Shown here: piece after piece, positions 52,888 through 64,000 of the stretch
Numbering within the stretch: position 1 is the stretch's first letter
Layout: the number at the start of each line of letters is the position of its first letter
Assembly: GCA_951406725.2 (NCBI GenBank)
Contig: OX597815.1
Location: forward strand, 31,062,001 to 31,126,000
Reading direction: 5' to 3'
Length of the DNA: 64,000 bases
Origin: Octopus vulgaris
Lineage: Eukaryota
The notes under the pieces: model-generated
Told to the model about the DNA's origin: nothing
Database searches by the model: none
What the model saw: the letters and a program-made list of their open reading frames with translations, nothing else
Program-made: the position numbers and the translations under genes

Positions 52888-53425
52888 AGGGTGGTGAGCT
52901 GACAGAATCGTTAGTACGCCGGACAAAATGCTTAGCAGTACTTCGTCTGTCTTTACGTTCATAGTTCAAAATCCGTCGAGATAGGATGTGCTGAGTTGGC
53001 AGAATTGTTACCGCGCTCGGAAAAATTCTTAGCGTTATTTCTTTTGACTTTACGTTCTAAGTTCAAATGCCGCCGTGGTTGACTTTTGTGTGCTGCTGGA
53101 AAGAACCTTGGAAGTGTTATCTTAAATAGACTAACTAATGCCCTTGCCAGCTTAGTGTGTGGATTTCGGGCTAGTAATGGCGCAGTGGATATGATATTTA
53201 GCCTCGGGCAGCTGCAGCAATAGGTTCGTGAGCACAACCGAAACTTTTTTTCTAACTTTTGTATAACTAGCTAAAGCTTTCGAAACCGTATCTAAGTGTG
53301 CATTTTGGATTGTCCTTAGAAAACAAGTTGATAAAATAAATACCAGTTGAACATTGCGATCGATATAATCGATTTATCCTCTCCCTCGAAATTACCCACC
53401 TTGTTCTAAAATTTGAAGTAATTAT
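52888..53425 (+). mobile_element. Two SINE-A heads, the second copy split by an RTE fragment
   Basis: Heads at 52888 and 52983; body resumes at about 53326 (GTTGATAAAATAAATACCAGTTG). Confidence 0.7.
53086..53292 (+). pseudogene. RTE LINE reverse transcriptase fragment (domains 1-3)
   Basis: AAGKNLGSVILNRL..CGFRASNGAVDMIFSLGQLQQ..REHN..LAKAFETV. Confidence 0.85.
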
Positions 53426-53426
53426 A

Positions 53427-53591
53427 GGCCTAGGAGTGACTGTGTGGTAAGTAGCTAGCTTACGAACCACATGGTTCCGGGTTCAGTCCCACTGCGTGGC
53501 ACCTTGGGCAAGTGTCTTCTACTATAGCTTCGGGCTGACCAAAGCCTCGTGAGTGGATTTGGTAGACGGAAACTCAAAGAAGCCCGTCGTA

Positions 53592-53670
<79 letters not shown>

Positions 53671-53901
53671 ATATATGTATTTATGTATGTATGTGTGTGT
53701 GTGTATATGTTTGTGTGTCTGTGTTTGTTCCCCCCAAAATCGCTTGACAACAGATGCTGGTGTGTTTACGTCCCCGTAACCTAGCATTCGGCAATAGAGA
53801 CCGATAGAATAAGATAAGTACTAGGCTTACAAAGAATAAATCCTGGGTGGTGCTCCATCTTGGCCACAGTCAAATGACGGAAACAAGTAAAAGAGTAAAA
53901 G
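53427..53901 (+). mobile_element. SINE family B, full length
   Basis: tRNA-like head, CACCTTGGGCAAGTG CORE-like block, internal TA/TG repeat, tail GTAAAAGA x2, TSD AGTAATTAT. Confidence 0.9.
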
Positions 53902-54746
53902 AGTAATTATTACTTGTGCTGAACAAACGCCGTTATTCTCAAGTAGCATGAATGCTGTATGAAACTGTTCGAGGCTATCATACTGCCGGATGATGCCGGA
54001 AGTTTTGCGTCTCCAGTCAACAGGTGATGAAATACCTGTTTTATGTAGACTCTTCATAAAATATGTTTGTGTCAGCTTGCGCGCGTATGTGTGTGTTAGT
54101 ATGACGAATGTGTGAATGTGTGAGTGTGTGAGTGTGTGAGTGCATTTTTATATAGGAGAGAGAAAACATCTATATAGCTATATGTGCCATTTCTGTAAAT
54201 TTATGGTCTTTCGGCTGTGTGAAGTTTATTGCATTTAGAGATGGTGTGTTTTTAAGGGGTACGCTACGTGACGTCATAAGCCTAGGTTTGATCTTTTTGT
54301 GCTGTACCTTGGCCTGTGCCTTTTAGCATAGCTTTGACTTCACCAGAAGAATAACAATGGAATAGCGTAAATGGAGACAGCGAAATTCGGTCGTCTCTCA
54401 CTTCCATTCTCTCTCTCCCTCTCTCGTTATCTATGTTTCTCCATACAAATATACATGCATATACGCACACGTGTTTATGTTGATGTGTGTGTGTGGGTGA
54501 GTAAGTGTGTGTATATTTATGTGTATAGCCCTTCACAGGTTTATACTGGCAGATAGAAGATATAAACATAAATGAGAACCATCCACCAAAAAAAAATATA
54601 TATTTATAATTTGTACTTTAAGAACGAAGTCTCTTGGTGTTTCTCAGCCTATTGTTACTCAAGATGTCAAATATGCAGTGAACTTGTTACCGGTTTCTTG
54701 AAAACCTGTAACCAACGACGCTACTCTTCAAAAATTATGACATATA

Positions 54747-54777
<31 letters not shown>

Positions 54778-55319
54778 ATTGTTTAGCTACACGACCACAC
54801 CAGTAACTACACTTATGTGTCGTTTGTCTATTGTCTAAACGTTTCATGTCCTACAAAGCCTTCATATATTTCTGTAAATGCTATCCAGCATTCTACACGT
54901 TCAACTCCTATAACTTCATACATTTATGCATGACTACATATACAGTATATTATTTTCTGTCCTATATTCACTCTTGTCTTCTTTTGACATTTTCTCCTCT
55001 CTTTCTTTTCACTGTGTCAATGCATACAGATCAATGGTAACATATCTTATCGCATACATTGATCGAGATGCATTTGATAGCATATTTATGAAAATAATGG
55101 AAGATTTCGGAAGCTCCCGCGAGAATGATTCCTGTACTCATGAATTCTTCGTTATATCTTTCACTAACTTTTCATTCCCTTTTTCCCTTCTCCCTCTCCC
55201 TTTCTCTACATATATCTAGCTCTACCTCTCTTTCTCTCTCTCTCTCTCTCTCTCCTGTTTCTGTATTAATTCATCTATCGAAATATCTTTCTGTCCATCT
55301 GTCTGTCTATCTGTCTTTT

Positions 55320-55835
<516 letters not shown>

Positions 55836-57922
55836 AATCTATTTGCCCTTCTTTCCCATTCAGGCTCCAAAGCCATATCTTATTAAATTCGCGGTGCGCT
55901 TTTTCTCTCGTATCCTTTGCAGCATATGTATGTGTGTACCATTATTAATATGCATGCTTGCACATACAGGCATGTATATGTTTGTACGCGTGTGCATGTG
56001 TGCAAGCGTGTGTGTCTGTGTATGTGCACTTACGCACACACATATATATGTGTGTGTGCATATTCGTCTCATTACCCCTTATGTAATATACATGTATATA
56101 TGTATTATATGTGTTATGTATTATACGTGTATATGTATATGAAAGCATGTATGTATAAATGTATACATTTATATATTCTTGCATATGCACAAACGTATGT
56201 AGGAACACATATTTATATGTGTATGTATATGTATATATGTTTCTATGTATATTTATGTATGTATATATATGTGTTTGTGTGGATGTGTGTATGTACACAT
56301 ACATACACATACATATACCGTATATGTGTTATATATTTATATCTCTTACACTTTACCTCAACCGAAAGATTTAGAACCCCATCTACGAGTTGACCCCTTT
56401 TCGGGTCAAAACTTCGAAATAGGCATACTATCTAGTAAGCAAACTTACTTAAAAAAGAGACATGATAAATGAGCTCATTTGGCCCATGGTAACGCATGTG
56501 AAATTCTCTTAACGAGACAGAGAATATATGTGTGTTGGGTATGTATATGTATGTGCGTGTTTATGTGCCTGTATGTGTATGTGTCTGTTTATGCGTGTTT
56601 GCGCGTTTGATGGTGGATAGGGGTGACTAAAATACCTTCAAGATCTGATGCATCGTTATAAACATAAAAATAAAGCGAAGGAAATAGATGTAATTCCTGT
56701 GGCTGTACAAGGACGGAGAAACTTTTTATCTCAACCGATAAATATGTAAGTCTAGAGTGAAGAAGTATGTTCTTAGGTGAAAAGAAAAGACGAATGGGAA
56801 AGTGAGGGATTGGGAGGTAGAAAGCGAAGAAAAAGGGAAGAAGGAAATGGCTCGCAAGCAGCATGATTGATGAAAGCAATCAGAAACAATCACAAGATAA
56901 TACTCTGATACTTTGACAAATATGGAGTTTTTATCTGTTATTCCAAGTTATCGTCTGCTCTTTGCGTTTATTAAACATTGAAATGATTCAAGAATGTCAA
57001 AAAGAATAAATCTTTTTGAGGCTAGAACTGAAAATATAAACAAATAGCTATTACATTTTTAGTTGGTTTAGGCAGTTGACATATTGTTTTATTCGAATCA
57101 AGATGAAATGAGATGAATGTATTTTTAAATTTACTTTACTTCTGGCACTTAACTGAGTTTCGAACAATCGCCTTCAGTAAAGAACAGATTCCCATACTTC
57201 ATTCTAAATCTGATTTAGTAAGATCTTTGGAAAGGTTAGTCTGAAACACTTTTAGTATGCAATATAACTTTGTTAGTTTATTCTTTAGATGTGCCAATCG
57301 TTCAGGTCATAACATTTCTGTACAAACCGAGTAAAAATATTCAAAAACTTAAGAAGATTAAATTATTTCCTTTTGCAGTAAAACTTTTAAACTTCACTAC
57401 TTTACCATTATAGTAAAAATACAAACGTAGTAACTGAGAGTCTTTGAGTCTAGACTTTCTTATATAACAACAAACTACAAAAGAAATATTTTAAAGTTTT
57501 GGATTTAATTTTCTCAATTATAGTTTGCGTGTTTAATGTTCTCAAAGGGAAATTAAATGCATTAATCAGAATACAATAATCTAGTTAAAATTTTCAGTTA
57601 GTGCTAAATAATTAAATTCTATCTTGATGATATTGTCAATTTCTTTCGTACGATATTTTCGACATACATAATTAACCTTAATAGCAGCGTAACTTCTGTG
57701 TAGATAAGATATATCAAAGTGAGAAGTATAAATTCTGTTTAACTTCAAAAATGTTTCATTTCATGTGTAGGTGCTTTATTTTGAGGTAACGTAGTTCTGA
57801 CAGTGGGCCGTGAATAGACAATTTCAGAGAACCATTGTCTGAAGAATGACAGAAATATATTCTATGATAAATTTCTTCTCATCCATTTAAAGCTGTGGAA
57901 AATGAAAATTAGCAATGAAACC

Positions 57923-58077
57923 TATTTCTTTACTACCAACAAGGGGCTACACACAGAGGGGACAAACAATGATAGACAAACGGATTAAGTCGATTATATC
58001 AATCCCAGTGCGTAACTGGTACTTATTTAATCGATCTCGAAAGGATGAAAGGCGGAATTTGAACTCAGAACGTAGCG
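57923..58077 (-). mobile_element. SINE family A, 5'-truncated, tail X
   Basis: Reverse complement of the tail-X unit with a small internal deletion; followed by GGTTTC. Confidence 0.9.
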
Positions 58078-59679
58078 CCCTGGTTTATTAAAGGATCAAA
58101 TAAAATAGGATAAATTATTTCAATAAGAACCTTTGCAAAACATCATTGGGCATTTGGCATCGCTACGTCAATTATTAGTTTATTACTGTCATTTCTGACT
58201 TGCAGAAATAATGTCGGGCTTTTAGTGTACTATTTGATGGTCTGTTTGTTAGCATATATACAGTTCCATGCTGTTTTTACATTGATATTTGAACATCAAC
58301 GTTCATATGAGCAGTATCAATTTAGCCATTGGTGATAAACTGCTGGATGAAAGTCTCAACATGCTATTACAAGATTATTTGTGCTGGTCGTAGGTTTATC
58401 AGTACAAGGTGGCCAATTATGTGATTTCTCTAGCATAGACACTTTTGTGGAATTGAACTCAGAATGCAAAGACCCGAGCAAATACTGCAAGGCATTTCCA
58501 TTCCAACAGCATCTGACTCCCCAACAATCGCGTCAGTTCAGTGCTCTTCACTTGTATTTCATTTATAAACCAAAAAGGTGAAATCCTTAGCATATTGTCA
58601 CCAGCTTTTCTATACTGATTTAAGTCCACCTGTTAAGGACTAGTTGAGGTCTCGCAGTTAAGTGTATGTAGTACAGCCTAGCTATCTTATTGTGCCGTCA
58701 ATTATACGTTGCTGGAGTTAGTGAGGGACATTATGAAATATGGTTGTGCGTTGTTGCAAAAAATACATAACGCTGACGGCCTTTGCTATTTATACTGTAA
58801 GAATATTTTCAATATAACTTGCAGTGATGAACTGTTTGCGTATCAGAAAAATTGTTGCTTCTACTGCAACACTCAGACGAATATATGCATTCATGCCAAT
58901 GAAAATCATATATTTATATATAAAGTGTTCAACCCATGAAAAGAGTGGATATATAAAAGCATACCATTATTAGTGTTCACCAAGTATTTTTTACATGCCA
59001 TTAGTATGTGTGTTTCTACTGCTGCTGCTGCTTTAGTTTTAGAATTTAGCTGTCAGAAATCTAATGTAATTTCTGATAAGAATTATTTTACTACAGATAT
59101 AATCAATTTGTTACGCTCATTTTATTTATTTTTCATCATATTCAACAAGACAGCGCAGCAGGCCTTCTTTTTGGATGAAAAAGTTTGGGGCAACATTAAT
59201 GACTACCTTCTTATACTGCTCCTGGCACTTTGTAGTTCCAAATTACCTTTTTTTCTTAGGATATATATTCGTTAGGATAACATTGTGTAGTAAGTGATGT
59301 TTTCTTTTTTTATTATATATCTCGTATTAAAGTCTATGTCAGACACGCTCTGCTCCACTTCTACCCGCCCATATGTTATATAGTTGGCATTATGAATGTA
59401 TTCTTGGCACTGGTAATATTCTTACTATTTAGGTGTGTTTTAAAAGATCTTCTGGCAGTCAAAATATTAATTCTTTAAAATTCGTTTTCGGAAAGTGTCC
59501 ACAAACAGCTTTACTTATATCTATGCCACAGTATTTATCACGAAATTGTGTTCTTCTCTAATATCTCCCACACTGGGGTTCCTAATCGTCAGTTCTACTG
59601 GTCAGTCTGTTCCGTTCATTTGTTTCCTAAAGGACATCTTATTATGCATGAAAAACCTTTTGACAATATCGTGGAGCAG

Positions 59680-60200
59680 ATACGCAACACAAAATTTGAA
59701 ATCGTACATAAAAAGATTTCTAATAATACTAATCTACTAACTTGTCAATGTAGTGTACCAAACGTAGAATCGTAGTTCATTCCATTTCATTGTGCTGAAT
59801 CAAAAGTTTTGCAACATTTTAGTAACTATTTGCTTCATTCGTCAAGTTAAAACAGAAGCAGCCTCGCATTCATTCAAAGTAGGGGCCATCATATTGTACC
59901 ATCGTCTGAAGTCACCTTTCTGCCAGTTCCAGACTTAGCTCGCTCAGATTATTATTTGTTCTGTTCAATGGCTCACTTCCAGCACTCGCGACGCTAATCA
60001 ACCAAGAAGAGGTGGAAGCTTCTGTGAAAGAGTTCTTCACCTCGAAGGACAAAAACTGGTATCAGCGTGGGACCAAAGAACTGGCAGAAAGCTGGCTTCA
60101 GACGGTGCAACACTATGATATTTACTTTGAATGCTAGGCTGTTTTGTTGTAACTTGAATGTTTTTCTTTGACCCAACTCTTCATTTGCTCCCGCCATTCC
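59680..60200 (+). pseudogene. Mariner (DD34D) transposase C-terminal remnant
   Basis: PDLARSDYYLFCSMAHF...EEVEASVKEFFTSKDKNWYQRGTKELAESW...YFE*. Confidence 0.85.
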
Positions 60201-60724
60201 CATGCATGTACATTAGCAGAATCGGTAGAGCAGAGAATAAAATAATACGATTCTTTATAGTTTGAATAGAAATTTTGTGAAGGTCGTCTTTTTTTTTATT
60301 AATCTTAGACTGCAATGTTGACTTCGGTGATAAATCGTCTGTTACTTTCAATCTATATGTCTGGCCTTTTACCTAAATTAGAAATTTTTATTATTATAAT
60401 CATCACCATCATCATTATTATTATCAGATATGTTTGGATTTTGCTTTGTATTTGTACAAGTTGACCCCAAGTTTCACTCAGAGACCTCAAGAGACAACTT
60501 AGAAGATCAAGTTGGCGTTATGACTAGGGTGTCATATTTTCATTTATGCACAAAGTATTGTTCTAGAGAATAATCTGTCAAAACATTAGGAGTTTATGTT
60601 AAAAGTAATTTGATTATAACATGACAATGTGATCTTAAGATGTCAGTGAAAGGTGTTTGCTATTTTGGAAACTTAAAAGTACTTTTGACAATGTTTACAG
60701 ATTAGAATGTTTGGGGGATTACGA

Positions 60725-61113
60725 AGGAGGCGAACTGGCAGAATCGTTAGCACGCCGGGCGAAATGCTTAGCGGTATTTCGTCTGCGTTACGTTGTGAGT
60801 TCAAATTCCGCCGAGGTCGACTTTGCCTTTCATCCTTTCGGGGTCGATAAATTAAGTACCAGTTACGCACTGGGGTCGATGTAATCGACTTAATGCCTAT
60901 GTCTGTCCTTGTTTGTCCCCTCTGTGTTTAGCCCCTTGTGGGTAATAAAGAAATAGGGTTTTTTTCCGTCTTTACGTTCTGGGTTCAAATTCAGCCGAGG
61001 TCGACTTTTCCTTTCATCCATTCGACGTCGATGAAATAAATCCCAGTTACGCACTGGGGTCGATGTAATAGACTAGCCCCCTTCCTTAGAATTTCGAACC
61101 TTGCGCCTGTAGT
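60725..61113 (+). mobile_element. SINE family A dimer (head, near-consensus tail-X unit, diverged tail-Y unit)
   Basis: Junction AAAGAAATA|GGG at about 60955; the second unit begins at the same head position as in the other multimers. Confidence 0.9.
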
Positions 61114-61957
61114 AGAAAGGATTATTATTATTATATTCTTCTTACGGAGGTCTGAGTCTTTGCACTTAATTTTCACATGTTCGTAGAATAAGATCTATTT
61201 TCATCTCTTTAACAGCAGCTGTAACAGAGAATATAAAAACCTTTTTCTTTCTCTTGGAAATAAAATAAAATAAAAAGATATTGCGAATGAAAGGTGACCA
61301 ATCATATCAACCAAACAATTTCTTATAGGAGTGGATCCAATATTTTGACATGTATTTATCATATTACACAATATGAAAAACTATTATTGGTTTTTAGAAA
61401 ATGCTTGGGGCATAGAGTAGACTTTTCAAACAAAGTAAATGAATATTTACAATAATTCTATTTTTAACTGTCCACTAGGAAAAGCTAGTGGTGGTGGTGA
61501 TAGCAGACAGAGTAGTATGCCGAGTAAATGTTTTATTATATTCAGTTTAATCTCTCTGTATCCCAACTGAACTTCAGTTAATTGTACCATTCATCAACAC
61601 TGGCTTCGGCAAAATAAGTTACTGCAATATCAATTTAATTCACAACTTTTTCTTCAACAAAAATTTTTCATTCTGTGTAGTCAAAGGAAATCAATTTTAA
61701 GTTATATATAGGAAATGAAATGAAGTTCCGTTAAGTATACCTACTCTAATTTGTTTGGCAAATTGATGAAGCATTTTCTAATTTTCTTTAATAATAGGTG
61801 CGGACATAGCCGTGTCTTTTACCTACGATTCACAACCACGCAGCTGCAGGTTCGATTTCGCTACACAGCAGCTTGACAAATTGTATTCTATTGTAACAGC
61901 TTTGAGTTGATCAATACTTTCTGATTGGACTACGAAGCTCATGTGCAATATACGATT

Positions 61958-62180
61958 GTATGTATGTATGTATGTATGTATGTATGTATGTATGTATGTA
62001 TGTATGTATGTATGTATGTATGTATGTATATGTGTGTGTGTGTATGTATGTATGTATGTATGTATGTGTGTATGTATGTATGTATGTATGTATGTATGTG
62101 TGTATGTATGTATGTATGTATGTATGTATGTATGTATGTGTGTATGTATGTATGTATGTATGTATGTATGTATGTGTGAT
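61958..62180. repeat. (ATGT)n microsatellite
   Basis: Direct reading. Confidence 0.95.
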
Positions 62181-62314
62181 AGATATGTGTATGTTTATAT
62201 CTATCTATCTATATATATATATATATCGAGAGAGAGAGACAGATATACATGCACACATATACATATATACATACGTACGTATATAAATATATATATATAA
62301 AGAAAGATAGAGGT

Positions 62315-62345
<31 letters not shown>

Positions 62346-62373
62346 AAGTAGATAGATATGTGTATGTTTATAT

Positions 62374-62487
<114 letters not shown>

Positions 62488-63439
62488 GTGTAGGTATTAC
62501 GTACTTTGAGGCGTCTCCCACTTTAGGGAAATGTTTTAATTACTTACGGTTCTCTCTGTGACCTATAAAAACATGCTAGACTAAAATGAATAAAAGAATC
62601 TACATAATCGACTCAAACCCTCGAAGGCGGTGTCCTAGACTGATTCTAGACTGACCGCAATATCTAGTGATTGAAATGCAATATCTGGGCAATGTCTTTG
62701 ATTGACGTAGCATCCCATGTCCAAACACCGGTGGCTAAGGGTCCCCGATGTCACTGTACCATGCGTATTCTCAACACATAATTCAGGTTTACGAAATCCA
62801 ACAAAGAATATCACACTGATGTTGAAATTTGCCAGAATGAATTCAGCATATATACACACCTCGTTATTTTCAAATTCCATCCCTAGATTCAGAGTAATTT
62901 TGTAGCAGCGTCCTCGTAATATTGCATATTTCTCTGTCTAAGGAACTTCTAAATCTCATGCTTGTTATATGGACCGTTTCTTAATGACTACCTTTCACTT
63001 GAACATTTTTCTACTCGCACATTCTTTTGTCAGTTTCACTTTTTCCGTCTCTGGCCTCTTTTGTCTATTTTCTAAGCTTTCTTTGTGACACACACGTTGC
63101 TGTGTTCTTATTAGATTAATAATCAAGGAGAAGAACGTGGTGAGCTGGCAGAATCATTAGAACGCCGTAAAGCATGTCCTGTAATACTTGTTCCGGCTTT
63201 TTATGTACTGAGTTCAATTTCCATTGGCGTTAACTATCCTTTTCGGAGGTACAGTGGTATTCACTTTGAGTGACCCTCTCATACAGAAACACGGGGCTTG
63301 CTGAGAACAAGACATATATAATTAGTAGACAAGGACTATCTGGTAGGAGTGCCAGATCACGTGATTTCAGCCAAGTTCGCTTCCTGAGGGACGGGTGTTG
63401 CTCATCGCATACCAGACAAATTTCACTGCCAACGATATA

Positions 63440-63850
63440 CGAAGTGTGTTAAAAAATTATATGACTTTATATTTTCCCGCCTGAATTAATGCCACGTAAG
63501 CAAACTCCCTTCCTTGGGAGGTTATGCAATTCTTTTCGTGTACACGTGAAAACTTTCGCAACTGTAGGCCGCATCAGTTCTCGGCTGTTATGCCTAGAGT
63601 ACAGACATGTACTGCGTGGTGGTCAGATTTTCGTGTTCATCCAAGAACACTGAACGTATCGAACAGAGATATTGAATCAAGTTTTGCCAAAAGCTTGCTG
63701 AAACTCAGGCTCATTTCATCCAGAAGATTCAGCATGACTTTGTCGATGATGCCTTGGTAAAAATCAGATCAAGGGGTAGCAAAACTGTTTCAAACATGGC
63801 CGCGCTTCAGTGGAGAGCGACGAATGCTCAGGGAAGCCTCCACAAACCAA
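63440..63850 (+). mobile_element. Mariner 5' end with transposase N-terminal HTH remnant
   Basis: TA|CGAAGTGTGTTAAAAAA TIR-like start; EQRY*IKFCQKL...FKHGRASVESDECSGKP. Confidence 0.8.
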
Positions 63851-64000
63851 AACCAGGAGCCGTTTGCGAAAGTTCGTCATGTAAGAATCCAGAATATCTC
63901 TTTCGAAGTGGGAATAAGCACAGAATCATTTCATCCCATTACAACGGAGGATTTGTGCATGCGGAAAATAAAGTTGGATAATTCAAGCTTTCCTGTCCAG

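Overview
AT-rich, repeat-saturated animal genomic DNA (intronic or intergenic). The SINE repertoire and extreme microsatellite load look like an Octopus/coleoid cephalopod genome; this is an inference from repeat style only. No complete protein-coding gene is supportable, and almost all supplied ORFs are microsatellite artefacts. The window holds several tRNA-derived SINE families (about 20 copies or fragments of family A, about 10 of family B, plus C/D/E). It also holds decayed LINEs (Tx1, R4/Dong, RTE-BovB, L2/CR1-like), Tc1/mariner fossils and MITEs, a Merlin-like MITE, two non-autonomous Helitrons and a Helentron-type HINE. Most notable observations: (1) a near-canonical type-I hammerhead ribozyme at 52333-52409 (-), plus three or four variant hammerhead motifs, all in short (TA)n-embedded Penelope-like elements; (2) SINE-A copies with a Tx1-like tail that form 184-bp head-to-tail multimers always joined at the same GGTAT site inside the SINE's own tRNA head, suggesting a self-targeting SINE; (3) a perfect 41-bp inverted templated insertion that replaces that same site in another copy. 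Two low-confidence minus-strand exon candidates and a promoter-like motif cluster near 50 kb were also seen.
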